Below, piece after piece: positions 8,417 to 16,846 of a stretch of DNA of 64,000 bases (position 1 is its first letter; each line of letters opens with the position of its first letter). A program made the translations under genes and the position numbers. The notes under the pieces were generated by a model. That model was not told where the DNA came from. It searched no databases and worked only from the letters and a program-made list of their open reading frames with translations. This DNA is from an uncultured Bacteroides sp. (GTDB lineage Bacteria > Bacteroidota > Bacteroidia > Bacteroidales > Bacteroidaceae). The DNA lies in the NCBI GenBank assembly GCA_965140335.1, contig OZ223189.1, positions 1,380,000-1,443,999 of the forward strand, read 5' to 3'.

Positions 8417-9901
8417 TTAGTCCACCCATTTAAAAATACGACTCCATCGGATTTTACCATCAAACCAGCCACGGTCCTTATCTAATGATAGCCATACTAC
8501 GATCGGTTTGCCAACAACATGGTCTTCGGGTACGAATCCCCAATAGCGGGAATCGGCCGAGTTGTGACGATTGTCGCCCATCATCCAATAGTAATCCATC
8601 TTAAAGGTATAGGCCGTTGTCTTCTTTCCGTTGATATAGATATCGTCGCCCTTTACTTCCAACTTATTGCCTTCGTAAGCGTGGATACAGCGTTCATAAA
8701 TAGGTAAATTATGGAGCGTAAGTGTAATGGTACTTCCCTTGGATGGAATCCAAATCGGGCCATAATTGTCACGAGTCCATTTGGTATAGAGGTTGAGTGG
8801 ATACATCTGTCCAGAATACTCTTCAGGCTCTATCACGATGTGGCTAACTAATTTTTTGTTAGCATTTAATTCATTGTACATCTTCTTAGTGAGCGGAAGA
8901 TGGTAAACAGGTGTAAGCCGGCCTTGTGAATCACGATTGTTTAAGCCCATACTCACCAGTTCCGTTTCCAAGCCTTCTGTGTTACCTATTAAGGCTTGAT
9001 CATCTTTGCTGATTCCTAATTGGCGGAACATATCTTCTGTAATATATGATCCGGTTGTTTGGACAAAATAGTTAAATTGGAGATTTTCCGGGTTTTGCAT
9101 TGGTTTACCATTAATGTAAACTTGTGTGTCTTTAATTTGCAATGTATCTCCTGGCAGACCAATACAACGTTTGACATAATTTTCTTTTCTGTCAACGGGG
9201 CGAATAACAATATCTCCATAGGTGTTGGGATTTGAGCGTATGAGATTTCGTCCGGCATTATAATAGAGCTCATAAACAGCACGTTGCTGCTCTATGCTCA
9301 GGCTGTCCATGTTGACTTGTTTGGGATATATGCGCTGTCCTTCACCATAGGCGAGGGTATAGAAGTCGGTCTGTTGGAATTTTGTAGCGACGGTGTCGCC
9401 TGCAGGAAAATTGAATACTACGATGTCGTTGCGTTTGACTTTGCCAAATCCCGGAACACGTTTATAATTCCAATGCGGCCAATTAAAATACGATTTACAG
9501 TTGAATAGGGGCAGTGTATGCTGGGTGAGGGGCATGTGGAGCGGAGTATTGGGAACACGTGGTCCGTAACTCATCTTGCTCACATAAAGATAATCACCTA
9601 CTAGCAGGGACTTTTCCAATGAGGACGAGGGGATTTGATAGTTTTGAAAGAAATAGATATTTACGAAGTAAACGGCAACCAATGCGAAGAGAATGGCGTC
9701 AATCCAGCTCATGATACTGCGTATTGCCGGATTTTTTGCTTTTTTCCAGAATCCCCATGGGATTTTCTTACTGATGTAGGCATCGTAGATAAAAGGTAGG
9801 ATAATTAGTCCTAGCCAGCTTTTCACCCAGATTAGGAAAATGAGATAAAGAAGGGTGATAATTGAAAATCTAAGCCATTGAGGTTGCGTTGCTTTCTTCA
9901 T
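8417..9901 (-). CDS. lepB: Signal peptidase I
   Basis: 494 aa with TM segments. Box B is 'PSSSLEKSL', box D is 'VKRCIGLPGD', box E is 'GDNRHNSADSRYWGFVP'. Confidence 0.93.
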   Translation of the reverse strand: MKKATQPQWLRFSIITLLYLIFLIWVKSWLGLIILPFIYDAYISKKIPWGFWKKAKNPAIRSIMSWIDAILFALVAVYFVNIYFFQNYQIPSSSLEKSLLVGDYLYVSKMSYGPRVPNTPLHMPLTQHTLPLFNCKSYFNWPHWNYKRVPGFGKVKRNDIVVFNFPAGDTVATKFQQTDFYTLAYGEGQRIYPKQVNMDSLSIEQQRAVYELYYNAGRNLIRSNPNTYGDIVIRPVDRKENYVKRCIGLPGDTLQIKDTQVYINGKPMQNPENLQFNYFVQTTGSYITEDMFRQLGISKDDQALIGNTEGLETELVSMGLNNRDSQGRLTPVYHLPLTKKMYNELNANKKLVSHIVIEPEEYSGQMYPLNLYTKWTRDNYGPIWIPSKGSTITLTLHNLPIYERCIHAYEGNKLEVKGDDIYINGKKTTAYTFKMDYYWMMGDNRHNSADSRYWGFVPEDHVVGKPIVVWLSLDKDRGWFDGKIRWSRIFKWVD

Positions 9902-9911
9902 AATAAACTGT

Positions 9912-10640
9912 TTAATCGTTTAAAAAAGGGAATAAATCTTTCATTCCTAAAAATCCATGATTCTTTACCGTATACTCGGCTGCCAATACTGCGCCCAGTG
10001 CAAATCCTTTTCGGTTTTTGGCCTCGTGGGTAATCGTGATACTGTCTGCTTCCGATTCGTAGCGGATGCTGTGGATACCCGGGACTTCTCCTTCACGGAT
10101 ACTGTGGATCGGTAACTCATTTGTAGCTGTAGCGACCTCTTTTACCCAGTGATCTTTACGGTTGAGGTTATCGAGTATTTCTTCGGCGAGAGTGATAGCC
10201 GTTCCGCTTGGTGCATCGAGCTTATGGATATGATGGGTTTCACTCATTGTAACATCATAAGCCGGGAACTGATTCATGATTTTGGCCAATTGTTTGTTTA
10301 TGGCTGAAAATATGGCGACTCCTAGACTGAAATTGGAAGACCAGAAAAGTGTTTGTCCACCTTTGTTGCACAATTCTTTGATTTCCATTCCGTGTTCAGC
10401 CATCCATCCGGTACTTCCAGATACCAGTTTTACATTGGCTTTAAAAGTTTTCAGATAGTTGGAATATGCCACCATCGGATTGGTGAATTCAATGGCTACA
10501 TCCGCACTTCTGAAAGTTTCCGATTCAAAATCATTCTGATTGTTAACATCTATGATGCTTACTATTTCATGTCCGCGGCTTCGGGCAATTTTTTCGATCT
10601 CCTTGCCCATCTTTCCGTATCCAATTAATGCTATCTTCAT
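9912..10640 (-). CDS. dapB: 4-hydroxy-tetrahydrodipicolinate reductase
   Basis: 'MKIALIGYGKMG' NAD(P) loop and the signature 'ETHHIHKLDAPSGTA'. Confidence 0.93.
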   Translation of the reverse strand: MKIALIGYGKMGKEIEKIARSRGHEIVSIIDVNNQNDFESETFRSADVAIEFTNPMVAYSNYLKTFKANVKLVSGSTGWMAEHGMEIKELCNKGGQTLFWSSNFSLGVAIFSAINKQLAKIMNQFPAYDVTMSETHHIHKLDAPSGTAITLAEEILDNLNRKDHWVKEVATATNELPIHSIREGEVPGIHSIRYESEADSITITHEAKNRKGFALGAVLAAEYTVKNHGFLGMKDLFPFLND

Positions 10641-10684
10641 TTTCTTTTTAGCTTGGGTTCACTTTATTAACATACTATTAGTCG

Positions 10685-10692
10685 CAAAGATA
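10685..10692 (-). promoter_or_regulatory. -7 motif (TATCTTTG) for the dapB-lepB operon
   Basis: Exact TAnnTTTG match, 45 nt upstream of the dapB ATG. Confidence 0.5.
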
Positions 10693-10702
10693 ATCTTTTT
10701 CA

Positions 10703-10710
10703 TACATTTG
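10703..10710 (+). promoter_or_regulatory. -7 motif (TACATTTG) for the DUF2851 gene
   Basis: Exact match, 27 nt upstream of the ATG at 10737. Divergent from the dapB promoter. Confidence 0.5.
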
Positions 10711-10736
10711 CTGTATAGATTTACTTCTTGTTAACA

Positions 10737-12011
10737 ATGGAACAACTACTACATTATGTATGGAAGCATAAAATATTTCCTTTAAAGGTGCTTTATACGA
10801 CTTCCGATGAGCCTGTGGAAGTGATTGACCCTGGTTTGCCGAACACGAATGCCGGACCTGATTTTTTTAATGCCAAAATTAAGATAGGGGATACGCTATG
10901 GGTTGGAAATGTCGAAATCCATATGAAGTCGTCCGATTGGTTGCGTCATGGGCACAGTGAGAATATAGTGTATGATAGTGTGATTTTGCATGTGGCCGAA
11001 GTGGTGGACCAAGAGATCCGTCGTACTACCGGTGAGTTGATTCCGCAAATGCAGTTATCCTGTCCGGCTGATGTGGTCTTGCATTACGATGAGTTGTGCC
11101 GTACGGAAATTTATCCGCCTTGTTACTCTATTCTGCCTTCATTATCCAAATTCACCATTCATTCTTGGCTTTCTGTGCTTCAGGTAGAACGATTTGAAGA
11201 AAAGCGTATTCAGCTTCTGAAACGGCTTGAAAGCTGTAATAATAATTGGGAGGATGCTTTTTTTATTACTTTGGCCCGTAGCTTTGGTTTTGGATTGAAT
11301 GGTGATACTTTTGAGACATGGGCGAAGAGTCTTTCACTCAGGGCGATTGACAAGCATCGCGATAATCTGTTCCAGGTTGAAGCTTTTTTCTTTGGACAGG
11401 CGGGACTTCTGGAACAAAGAAGTGATGAATATTCGAAATATTATGCCGATTTACAAAAAGAATATGCTTATCTATCTCATAAATTTAGTTTGTCTCCGTC
11501 AATGGACTATAGGCAATGGCGGTTCCTTCGCTTACGTCCGGACAATTTTCCGCATATCCGTTTGGCTCAGCTAGCTTATCTTTATTCCAGTGGGCAGACA
11601 ATCTTTTCGCATGTAATGGATGCCGAAACATTGGGTGCAACTAGAGATTGTTTAAGATGTGCGACTTCTGACTTTTGGGAAAGTCATTTCAACTTTAATA
11701 AGGTATCGCCAAAGCGTAAAAAACAGTTGGGAGATCATTCGCTGGATCTTATTATCATAAATACAGTGATTCCTTTTTTATATGCTTATGGAATACACAA
11801 GTCCGAAGACCGGCTGTGTGATCGCGCCAGTCATTTTCTTGACGAGCTGAAAGCCGAAAATAACTATGTTACCCGCATGTGGAGCAATGCCGGATTGCCC
11901 GTGTCCACTGCTGCTGATTCCCAGGCTTTACTTCAGTTGCAGAAGTTTTATTGCGATAAGAAGGATTGTTTGCGGTGCCGTTTTGGGTATGAATATTTGA
12001 AACATAGATAA
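10737..12011 (+). CDS. DUF2851-family protein
   Basis: 'MEQLLHYVWKHK...NAGPDFFNAKIKI...VEIHMKSSDWLRHGH' is the typical DUF2851 N-terminus. The ATG at 10737 lies 27 nt after the -7 box, and the ORF-track start at 10728 is a TTG. Confidence 0.7.
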   Translation: MEQLLHYVWKHKIFPLKVLYTTSDEPVEVIDPGLPNTNAGPDFFNAKIKIGDTLWVGNVEIHMKSSDWLRHGHSENIVYDSVILHVAEVVDQEIRRTTGELIPQMQLSCPADVVLHYDELCRTEIYPPCYSILPSLSKFTIHSWLSVLQVERFEEKRIQLLKRLESCNNNWEDAFFITLARSFGFGLNGDTFETWAKSLSLRAIDKHRDNLFQVEAFFFGQAGLLEQRSDEYSKYYADLQKEYAYLSHKFSLSPSMDYRQWRFLRLRPDNFPHIRLAQLAYLYSSGQTIFSHVMDAETLGATRDCLRCATSDFWESHFNFNKVSPKRKKQLGDHSLDLIIINTVIPFLYAYGIHKSEDRLCDRASHFLDELKAENNYVTRMWSNAGLPVSTAADSQALLQLQKFYCDKKDCLRCRFGYEYLKHR

Positions 12012-12074
12012 TCTTATTATGAAGAATTCCATTATCTTTGCGCCGATATATAAACATTTGATTTATTACTAAAG

Positions 12075-12587
12075 ATGAAAGCAATTCGTTTTGTGTTTTG
12101 TCTGTCTGCAGCCTTGTTAATGACCGTTTTAAACAGTCATGCTGCTGCTCAGGAGGATTTTCAGGGATTCCTCAAAAAGTTTACTTCCAGTGCTTCTTTT
12201 CAGTTTTCGCGTATCAAGTTTCCATTAAAGTCGCCGATCACTTTACTGGAAGATGATGGGGAGACTGAAAAAACTTTTTCTTTTACTAAAGAAAAATGGC
12301 CTTTGTTGGATGAAGAATCCTTGAAGGAAGGACGTACTACCGAAGAAGAAGGCGGAGTTTACATTTCCCGTTTTACGGTAAACCAATCTGCGCATAAAGA
12401 GTTTGAGGCGGGTTATGATGAATCCGAGGTTTCTCTTCGCGTTGTATTTGATTTGATAGGAGGGAAGTGGTATGTCACAGACTGTTATACCGACTGGTAC
12501 AATTTTGATGTACCCATTGGTGAACTGAATGAGACTATTCGCTCGGTGCAGGAAGAAAATAAGACTTTTGAACATGTGCATCCCTGA
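12075..12587 (+). CDS. Secreted protein of unknown function (DUF4348-like)
   Basis: Signal peptide 'MKAIRFVFCLSAALLMTVLNSHAAAQ'. Followed by an intrinsic terminator at 12620-12669. Confidence 0.65.
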   Translation: MKAIRFVFCLSAALLMTVLNSHAAAQEDFQGFLKKFTSSASFQFSRIKFPLKSPITLLEDDGETEKTFSFTKEKWPLLDEESLKEGRTTEEEGGVYISRFTVNQSAHKEFEAGYDESEVSLRVVFDLIGGKWYVTDCYTDWYNFDVPIGELNETIRSVQEENKTFEHVHP

Positions 12588-12619
12588 TGCCGATTGTTTC
12601 TAAAGTGACCACTATCATT

Positions 12620-12669
12620 CCTTCACTTGAATTGCTCTTCATTGAAAGCTATTCAGGTGAAGGTTTTTT
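12620..12669 (+). terminator. Rho-independent terminator after the 12075-12587 gene
   Basis: CCTTCACTTGAAT...ATTCAGGTGAAGG stem (one G-T pair) followed by TTTTTT. Confidence 0.7.
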
Positions 12670-12682
12670 GTTCGCTAACTGT

Positions 12683-13657
12683 TTAAAAGGAGAATTTGCT
12701 GGGTAATGTATGGTTCCAGTCTTCGTTTAACAGTTTGCTAACGGCTTGCTGGTAAGTTGTCATTTTGGTCGCTTTGTGAATTCCCTTTCTTGCTTTTCGG
12801 TCTGCTTCGGGTAATAAATATTCCCAAAAGATTTTCATTTTGGTCAGGAGTTGTAATTCTCCTCCTTCCAGTTTATTTTCATAGTGGGTGAATATTATTG
12901 TATGGAGGGATTCTAATTTCTCTCTCATGATGTCTGTGGACAATGGACTTCCTTGTTGGTATTCCATAGCCATAGCCGGATTGGCGAGTAGTCCTCTGCC
13001 TATGACTATACCTTTCAAGTTTGGGAAACGCTCAGCTATTCTTTGTATATCTTCACCATTTTGTATGTCTCCGTTGTAAAAGAGGGAATGATGGCATTCT
13101 TTATAGAATAGCTCAAAGCTGCACAGGTCGACTTCTCCTTTGTACTGCTGCTTGCCTATTCTGGGGTGGAGAACAATATGGGTTAAAGGTAGTTCATTCA
13201 ATAGAGGTAAGAGTGCAAGACATTCTTCCGGATTTTCCCAACCTAACCGCATTTTGACGGAGAACTCCAGATCAGGGTGTTGCTTTATTGCTGACGTAAG
13301 TAATTTTTCCACTTCATCGGGATAAGGTAACATTCCGGAACCGTTATGGCGTTTGGCCAGCATGGGAGAAGGGCATCCCAGGTTAATATTAACTTTACGA
13401 TACTTTTTATCAATGAAAAGGTTGACTATCTGCTCCATCTTTTCGATAGTGGGGGCAATTAATTGCGGTATGAGTGTGACGTTTACGTTGTTTTCCGGTT
13501 CTATATCACGGATATCTTTACGACGTATTTCTCCATGTTCTATGCGCGTAAACGGAGCATAATAGGCTGCTATTCCTCCAAATAATAGTGAATGAGCTTT
13601 TCGGTAGATTGCATCGGTGTAGCCTTGTAACGGGGCAAAGTAGATAGGAAGTGACAT
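12683..13657 (-). CDS. tRNA-dihydrouridine synthase family protein
   Basis: 'APLQGYTD' N-terminus and the 'NINLGCPSP' Dus motif. The ATG at 13657 lies 25 nt after the -7 box, and the ORF-track start at 13684 is a TTG. Confidence 0.85.
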   Translation of the reverse strand: MSLPIYFAPLQGYTDAIYRKAHSLLFGGIAAYYAPFTRIEHGEIRRKDIRDIEPENNVNVTLIPQLIAPTIEKMEQIVNLFIDKKYRKVNINLGCPSPMLAKRHNGSGMLPYPDEVEKLLTSAIKQHPDLEFSVKMRLGWENPEECLALLPLLNELPLTHIVLHPRIGKQQYKGEVDLCSFELFYKECHHSLFYNGDIQNGEDIQRIAERFPNLKGIVIGRGLLANPAMAMEYQQGSPLSTDIMREKLESLHTIIFTHYENKLEGGELQLLTKMKIFWEYLLPEADRKARKGIHKATKMTTYQQAVSKLLNEDWNHTLPSKFSF

Positions 13658-13681
13658 CTGTTTTTTAATTTGTATTATTTG

Positions 13682-13689
13682 CAAATGTA
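13682..13689 (-). promoter_or_regulatory. -7 motif (TACATTTG) for the dus gene
   Basis: Exact match, 25 nt upstream of the ATG at 13657. Confidence 0.5.
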
Positions 13690-13765
13690 GGTCATTTGTT
13701 TTAAAAGTAATTCACTGTACATGGATTTAATTCTGCCAATGTGTTTTTCTTCTTTAAAGAAAATG

Positions 13766-13773
13766 TATCTTTG
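13766..13773 (+). promoter_or_regulatory. -7 motif (TATCTTTG) for the CBM9-like gene
   Basis: Exact match, 22 nt upstream of the ATG at 13795. Confidence 0.5.
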
Positions 13774-13794
13774 GGCTGTTTTTTTACGATAGCT

Positions 13795-14568
13795 ATGAAT
13801 AAAAAGATAAGAAAAAGTAAGCAGTCGGTGGGGGGTAGGTGCAGTCGCTTAGTTTTAGCTCTGTTTTTTCTCCTTAATGCCGGTATGGCGATTGCTTCTA
13901 ATCCTTTAAAAGTACAAATGAAAAAATTAAGTGTAAAAAAAGTTTTTGCGACAAATCTTCAACCGGATGGACTTCCGGCTCTTCTTGATAAAGAGGGAAT
14001 TGGTTTTCAAGCTATTGATGTGGTGAATTGGTCTAATTTCCCGTACCGTCCCGATGTGCAATTTCGTATTGCACATACTGATCATGCGATTTTACTTAAT
14101 TATAGAGTAACGGAAGCCAGTGTGCGTGCAATTGCGTCCGGTGATAATGGTGCTGTCTGGAAAGATGCTTGCGTTGAGTTTTTCTCTGTTCCGGCGAATG
14201 ACGGAATTTATTATAATATGGAATGCAATTGTACTGGTACGTTATTGATTGGTGCAGGTGCTGAACGTGAAGGGCGGGAGCGTGCTCCGCAAGCGGTTCT
14301 GGATAAAGTACTCCGTTGGTCTTCTTTAGGGAGGGTTCCTTTTACCGAGCGGGTGGGAACATGTAGTTGGGAGCTTGCATTGGTAATACCTTACTCTACT
14401 TTCTTCAAACATCATATTACTTCATTGGATGGGGTCACAATCCGGGCTAATTTCTATAAATGTGGAGATGAGCTACAAACGCCGCATTTTTTGTCTTGGA
14501 ATCCTATTGATTTAAAGAAACCTAATTTCCATTGCCCTGAGTTCTTTGGCGAATTATACTTTGAATAG
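13795..14568 (+). CDS. Secreted CBM9-like carbohydrate-binding family protein
   Basis: Signal peptide after the ATG at 13795 ('MNKKIRKSK...LNAGMAIAS'). The body resembles CBM9-like proteins conserved in Bacteroidetes, and this family call was made by eye only. Confidence 0.55.
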   Translation: MNKKIRKSKQSVGGRCSRLVLALFFLLNAGMAIASNPLKVQMKKLSVKKVFATNLQPDGLPALLDKEGIGFQAIDVVNWSNFPYRPDVQFRIAHTDHAILLNYRVTEASVRAIASGDNGAVWKDACVEFFSVPANDGIYYNMECNCTGTLLIGAGAEREGRERAPQAVLDKVLRWSSLGRVPFTERVGTCSWELALVIPYSTFFKHHITSLDGVTIRANFYKCGDELQTPHFLSWNPIDLKKPNFHCPEFFGELYFE

Positions 14569-14577
14569 TAAAGTAAC

Positions 14578-14611
14578 AAAAAAGAGAGAATAGTTTTATT
14601 CTCTCTTTTTT
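14578..14611. terminator. Bidirectional terminator between the convergent CBM9-like and lpxA-like genes
   Basis: Perfect 14-bp palindrome arms AAAAAAGAGAGAAT / ATTCTCTCTTTTTT with a 6-nt loop. This gives a hairpin plus U-tract in both orientations. Confidence 0.85.
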
Positions 14612-14627
14612 ACTGAGGTGGTATCAC

Positions 14628-15392
14628 CTATTTTATAATACCTTTGGATTGGTAGACAAAATCAAGAATGTTTTTGATTTCATCACTCATCGGTACTTGT
14701 TCCTTTATTTGCTGAATGGCATCTTGTACGCTAAAGTTTCCTTGAAAGATCAAGCGATAGGCATTGGCTATATGGCGTAATATACGTTCCTGGAAATTGT
14801 GATGGGATAGAACTACTGCATTTATCCCGTGGTAAGTGGCCGGGTTGCCCGAAACAATGATATATGGGGGGACATCTTTTGAGATGCGACATCCTCCCTG
14901 AATTAGCGTCCATGTCCCGATACGGCAATTTTGTTGTAATAGTACATTGCTACTTAGAATAGAGAACTCATCCATTGTACATCCTCCGGCAAGCGTACTT
15001 TTTATGCCGAGTACGCAATGATCCTTTACGGTGACATCATGGCATACATGTACTCCATCCATTAAGAAATTCTCATTTCCGATAACTGTGCTGTTCTCTT
15101 CTTTTGTTGCACGGCTAATGACCACATTTTCTCTAATATGGTTATTGTTTCCGATAATGAGCCGGCTTTTCTCTCTTGTGTAATGAAAATCTTGTGGTTC
15201 TGCACCTAAAATGGCATTTTGATGTACCTCATTTCCACTTCCCATTTTTGTGCCGTTAAGTACACTAGCGTGGGACATAATGATACAATCATCACCAATC
15301 TCTACATCGCCCTCAATGTAGGCGAAAGGCTGAATAGTGACATTTTTGCCGATTTTAGCGGCCGGATCTACAAAAGCTAATGAACTGATCAT
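14628..15392 (-). CDS. LpxA-family acyl-ACP:UDP-GlcNAc O-acyltransferase (possibly a paralog)
   Basis: Left-handed beta-helix hexapeptide repeats, 'GVHVCHDV' (catalytic His region), 'DVPPYIIVSGNPA', and a C-terminal helical domain. Lies 20 nt downstream of the efflux OMF gene. Confidence 0.8.
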   Translation of the reverse strand: MISSLAFVDPAAKIGKNVTIQPFAYIEGDVEIGDDCIIMSHASVLNGTKMGSGNEVHQNAILGAEPQDFHYTREKSRLIIGNNNHIRENVVISRATKEENSTVIGNENFLMDGVHVCHDVTVKDHCVLGIKSTLAGGCTMDEFSILSSNVLLQQNCRIGTWTLIQGGCRISKDVPPYIIVSGNPATYHGINAVVLSHHNFQERILRHIANAYRLIFQGNFSVQDAIQQIKEQVPMSDEIKNILDFVYQSKGIIK

Positions 15393-15412
15393 AATATTAA
15401 GTGATTTAAGTT

Positions 15413-16801
15413 TTATTTTCTTCCTCCACCTAGTGCCTGGTAAAGATTAACTACTGCCTGCATGCGATCAAAATTATCGGATGCTTCTGATAATTGCGCG
15501 CTGAGGTAAGACTGCTCAGAGGATAATACTTCCAAGTATGTTGAAGTTCCTAATTTAAATAAATCTTTTGTGTAATCTGCTGCATTCTGGGCGGATTTAA
15601 CTTGTATTGCACGGGCTTCAACTTTATCTGAGGCTGTTTGATATTGATACAATGCGTTGCTTACTTCCGCTCCAGCTTTCAACAACATTTGTTGGAACTG
15701 GATCTTAGCTTCTTCCTGTTGTGCTTTAGCTATTCTCAATTTAGCGATATTGACGCCATTATTAAATAATGGTTGTGTCAGAGAAGCAACAGCGGTGGCT
15801 AAGAATTTTGCCGGATTAATGATGGCTGTTCCTGCACTATTTGTCCACCCTGCTGATCCATTAAGTGTTATTTGCGGATAGAAAGCAGCTCTGGCTGTAT
15901 TTGTGTTGTAATAAGCGGCTGCTAATGACATTTCGGCTGCCTTTACGTCCGGTCTGTTAGACAGGAGCTGGAGAGGAATACCTACTGAAAATTCCTGAGG
16001 CAGGCGCTGTTCTTGAAGTATGCTACGCTTGATGCTTTGCGGTGCCTTTCCTATCAGAATGCAAAGTGCATTTTCCGTTTCGTGGATGCTTTGCCGGATA
16101 TCAGATAGGGAAGCTATTACTTGTGCATAAGCAGCTCTGCTCTGCTCCACGCCAGCGGCTGTCATATTATATAATGCGGAGTTTTTCATAGCCTCCATGG
16201 TTTCTGTATTCTTTTTTAGAATAGTAGCCGTCTGTTCTGAAATATTCAGTTGGCGATCCAGCATCAAAAGTGTGTAATATATATTTGCTGTATTTGCTAT
16301 TATTTGGCTCCTTACAGCTTGTTGATATGCTTTTGTTTGTTGGACTGTTGCTTTTGCATAACGTTTTGGGTTTAAAAGATGCCCAAAAAGGTCGACCTGC
16401 CATTCTGAAGTGACGGGCAACGAATAGGTTTTAGTCGCTGCACTTTTGTTAAAGCTGCTGATTGTTCCCTTAGGAGATAGCGTTAACGACGGAGCGAATG
16501 CCAGTTTGGCTGCAAGAAGAGGGGCCTGGGCTTCTTTTATTTTTTGTGCAGCGGCACGTAAGTCTGAGTTGTGTTCCAAGCCTTCTTCAATAAGGGACTG
16601 TAATAGCGGATCCGTGAAGACTGATTGCCATGGGAGATTGCCGAAATTTATAGTGTCGGTGGTTTCTGTACCATTAATCTTTGTTGTGTCTCGGTATAAC
16701 CCTGCTGTGCTGATATCTTCAGGTCTTTTATATGTTTTATAAATATGGCAACTGCTCAGCAGAACAGTTGCACATATTAAGGATATTATTTGTTTCTTCA
16801 T
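15413..16801 (-). CDS. Efflux outer-membrane factor lipoprotein (TolC/NodT family)
   Basis: Lipobox 'LLSSC'. 462 aa with duplicated coiled-coil/beta-barrel repeats. Last gene of the MFP-RND-OMF operon. Confidence 0.9.
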   Translation of the reverse strand: MKKQIISLICATVLLSSCHIYKTYKRPEDISTAGLYRDTTKINGTETTDTINFGNLPWQSVFTDPLLQSLIEEGLEHNSDLRAAAQKIKEAQAPLLAAKLAFAPSLTLSPKGTISSFNKSAATKTYSLPVTSEWQVDLFGHLLNPKRYAKATVQQTKAYQQAVRSQIIANTANIYYTLLMLDRQLNISEQTATILKKNTETMEAMKNSALYNMTAAGVEQSRAAYAQVIASLSDIRQSIHETENALCILIGKAPQSIKRSILQEQRLPQEFSVGIPLQLLSNRPDVKAAEMSLAAAYYNTNTARAAFYPQITLNGSAGWTNSAGTAIINPAKFLATAVASLTQPLFNNGVNIAKLRIAKAQQEEAKIQFQQMLLKAGAEVSNALYQYQTASDKVEARAIQVKSAQNAADYTKDLFKLGTSTYLEVLSSEQSYLSAQLSEASDNFDRMQAVVNLYQALGGGRK

Positions 16802-16846
16802 ATCTATAAGGGTATCTTTTGCTTAACTATATATAAATCAAATCGA

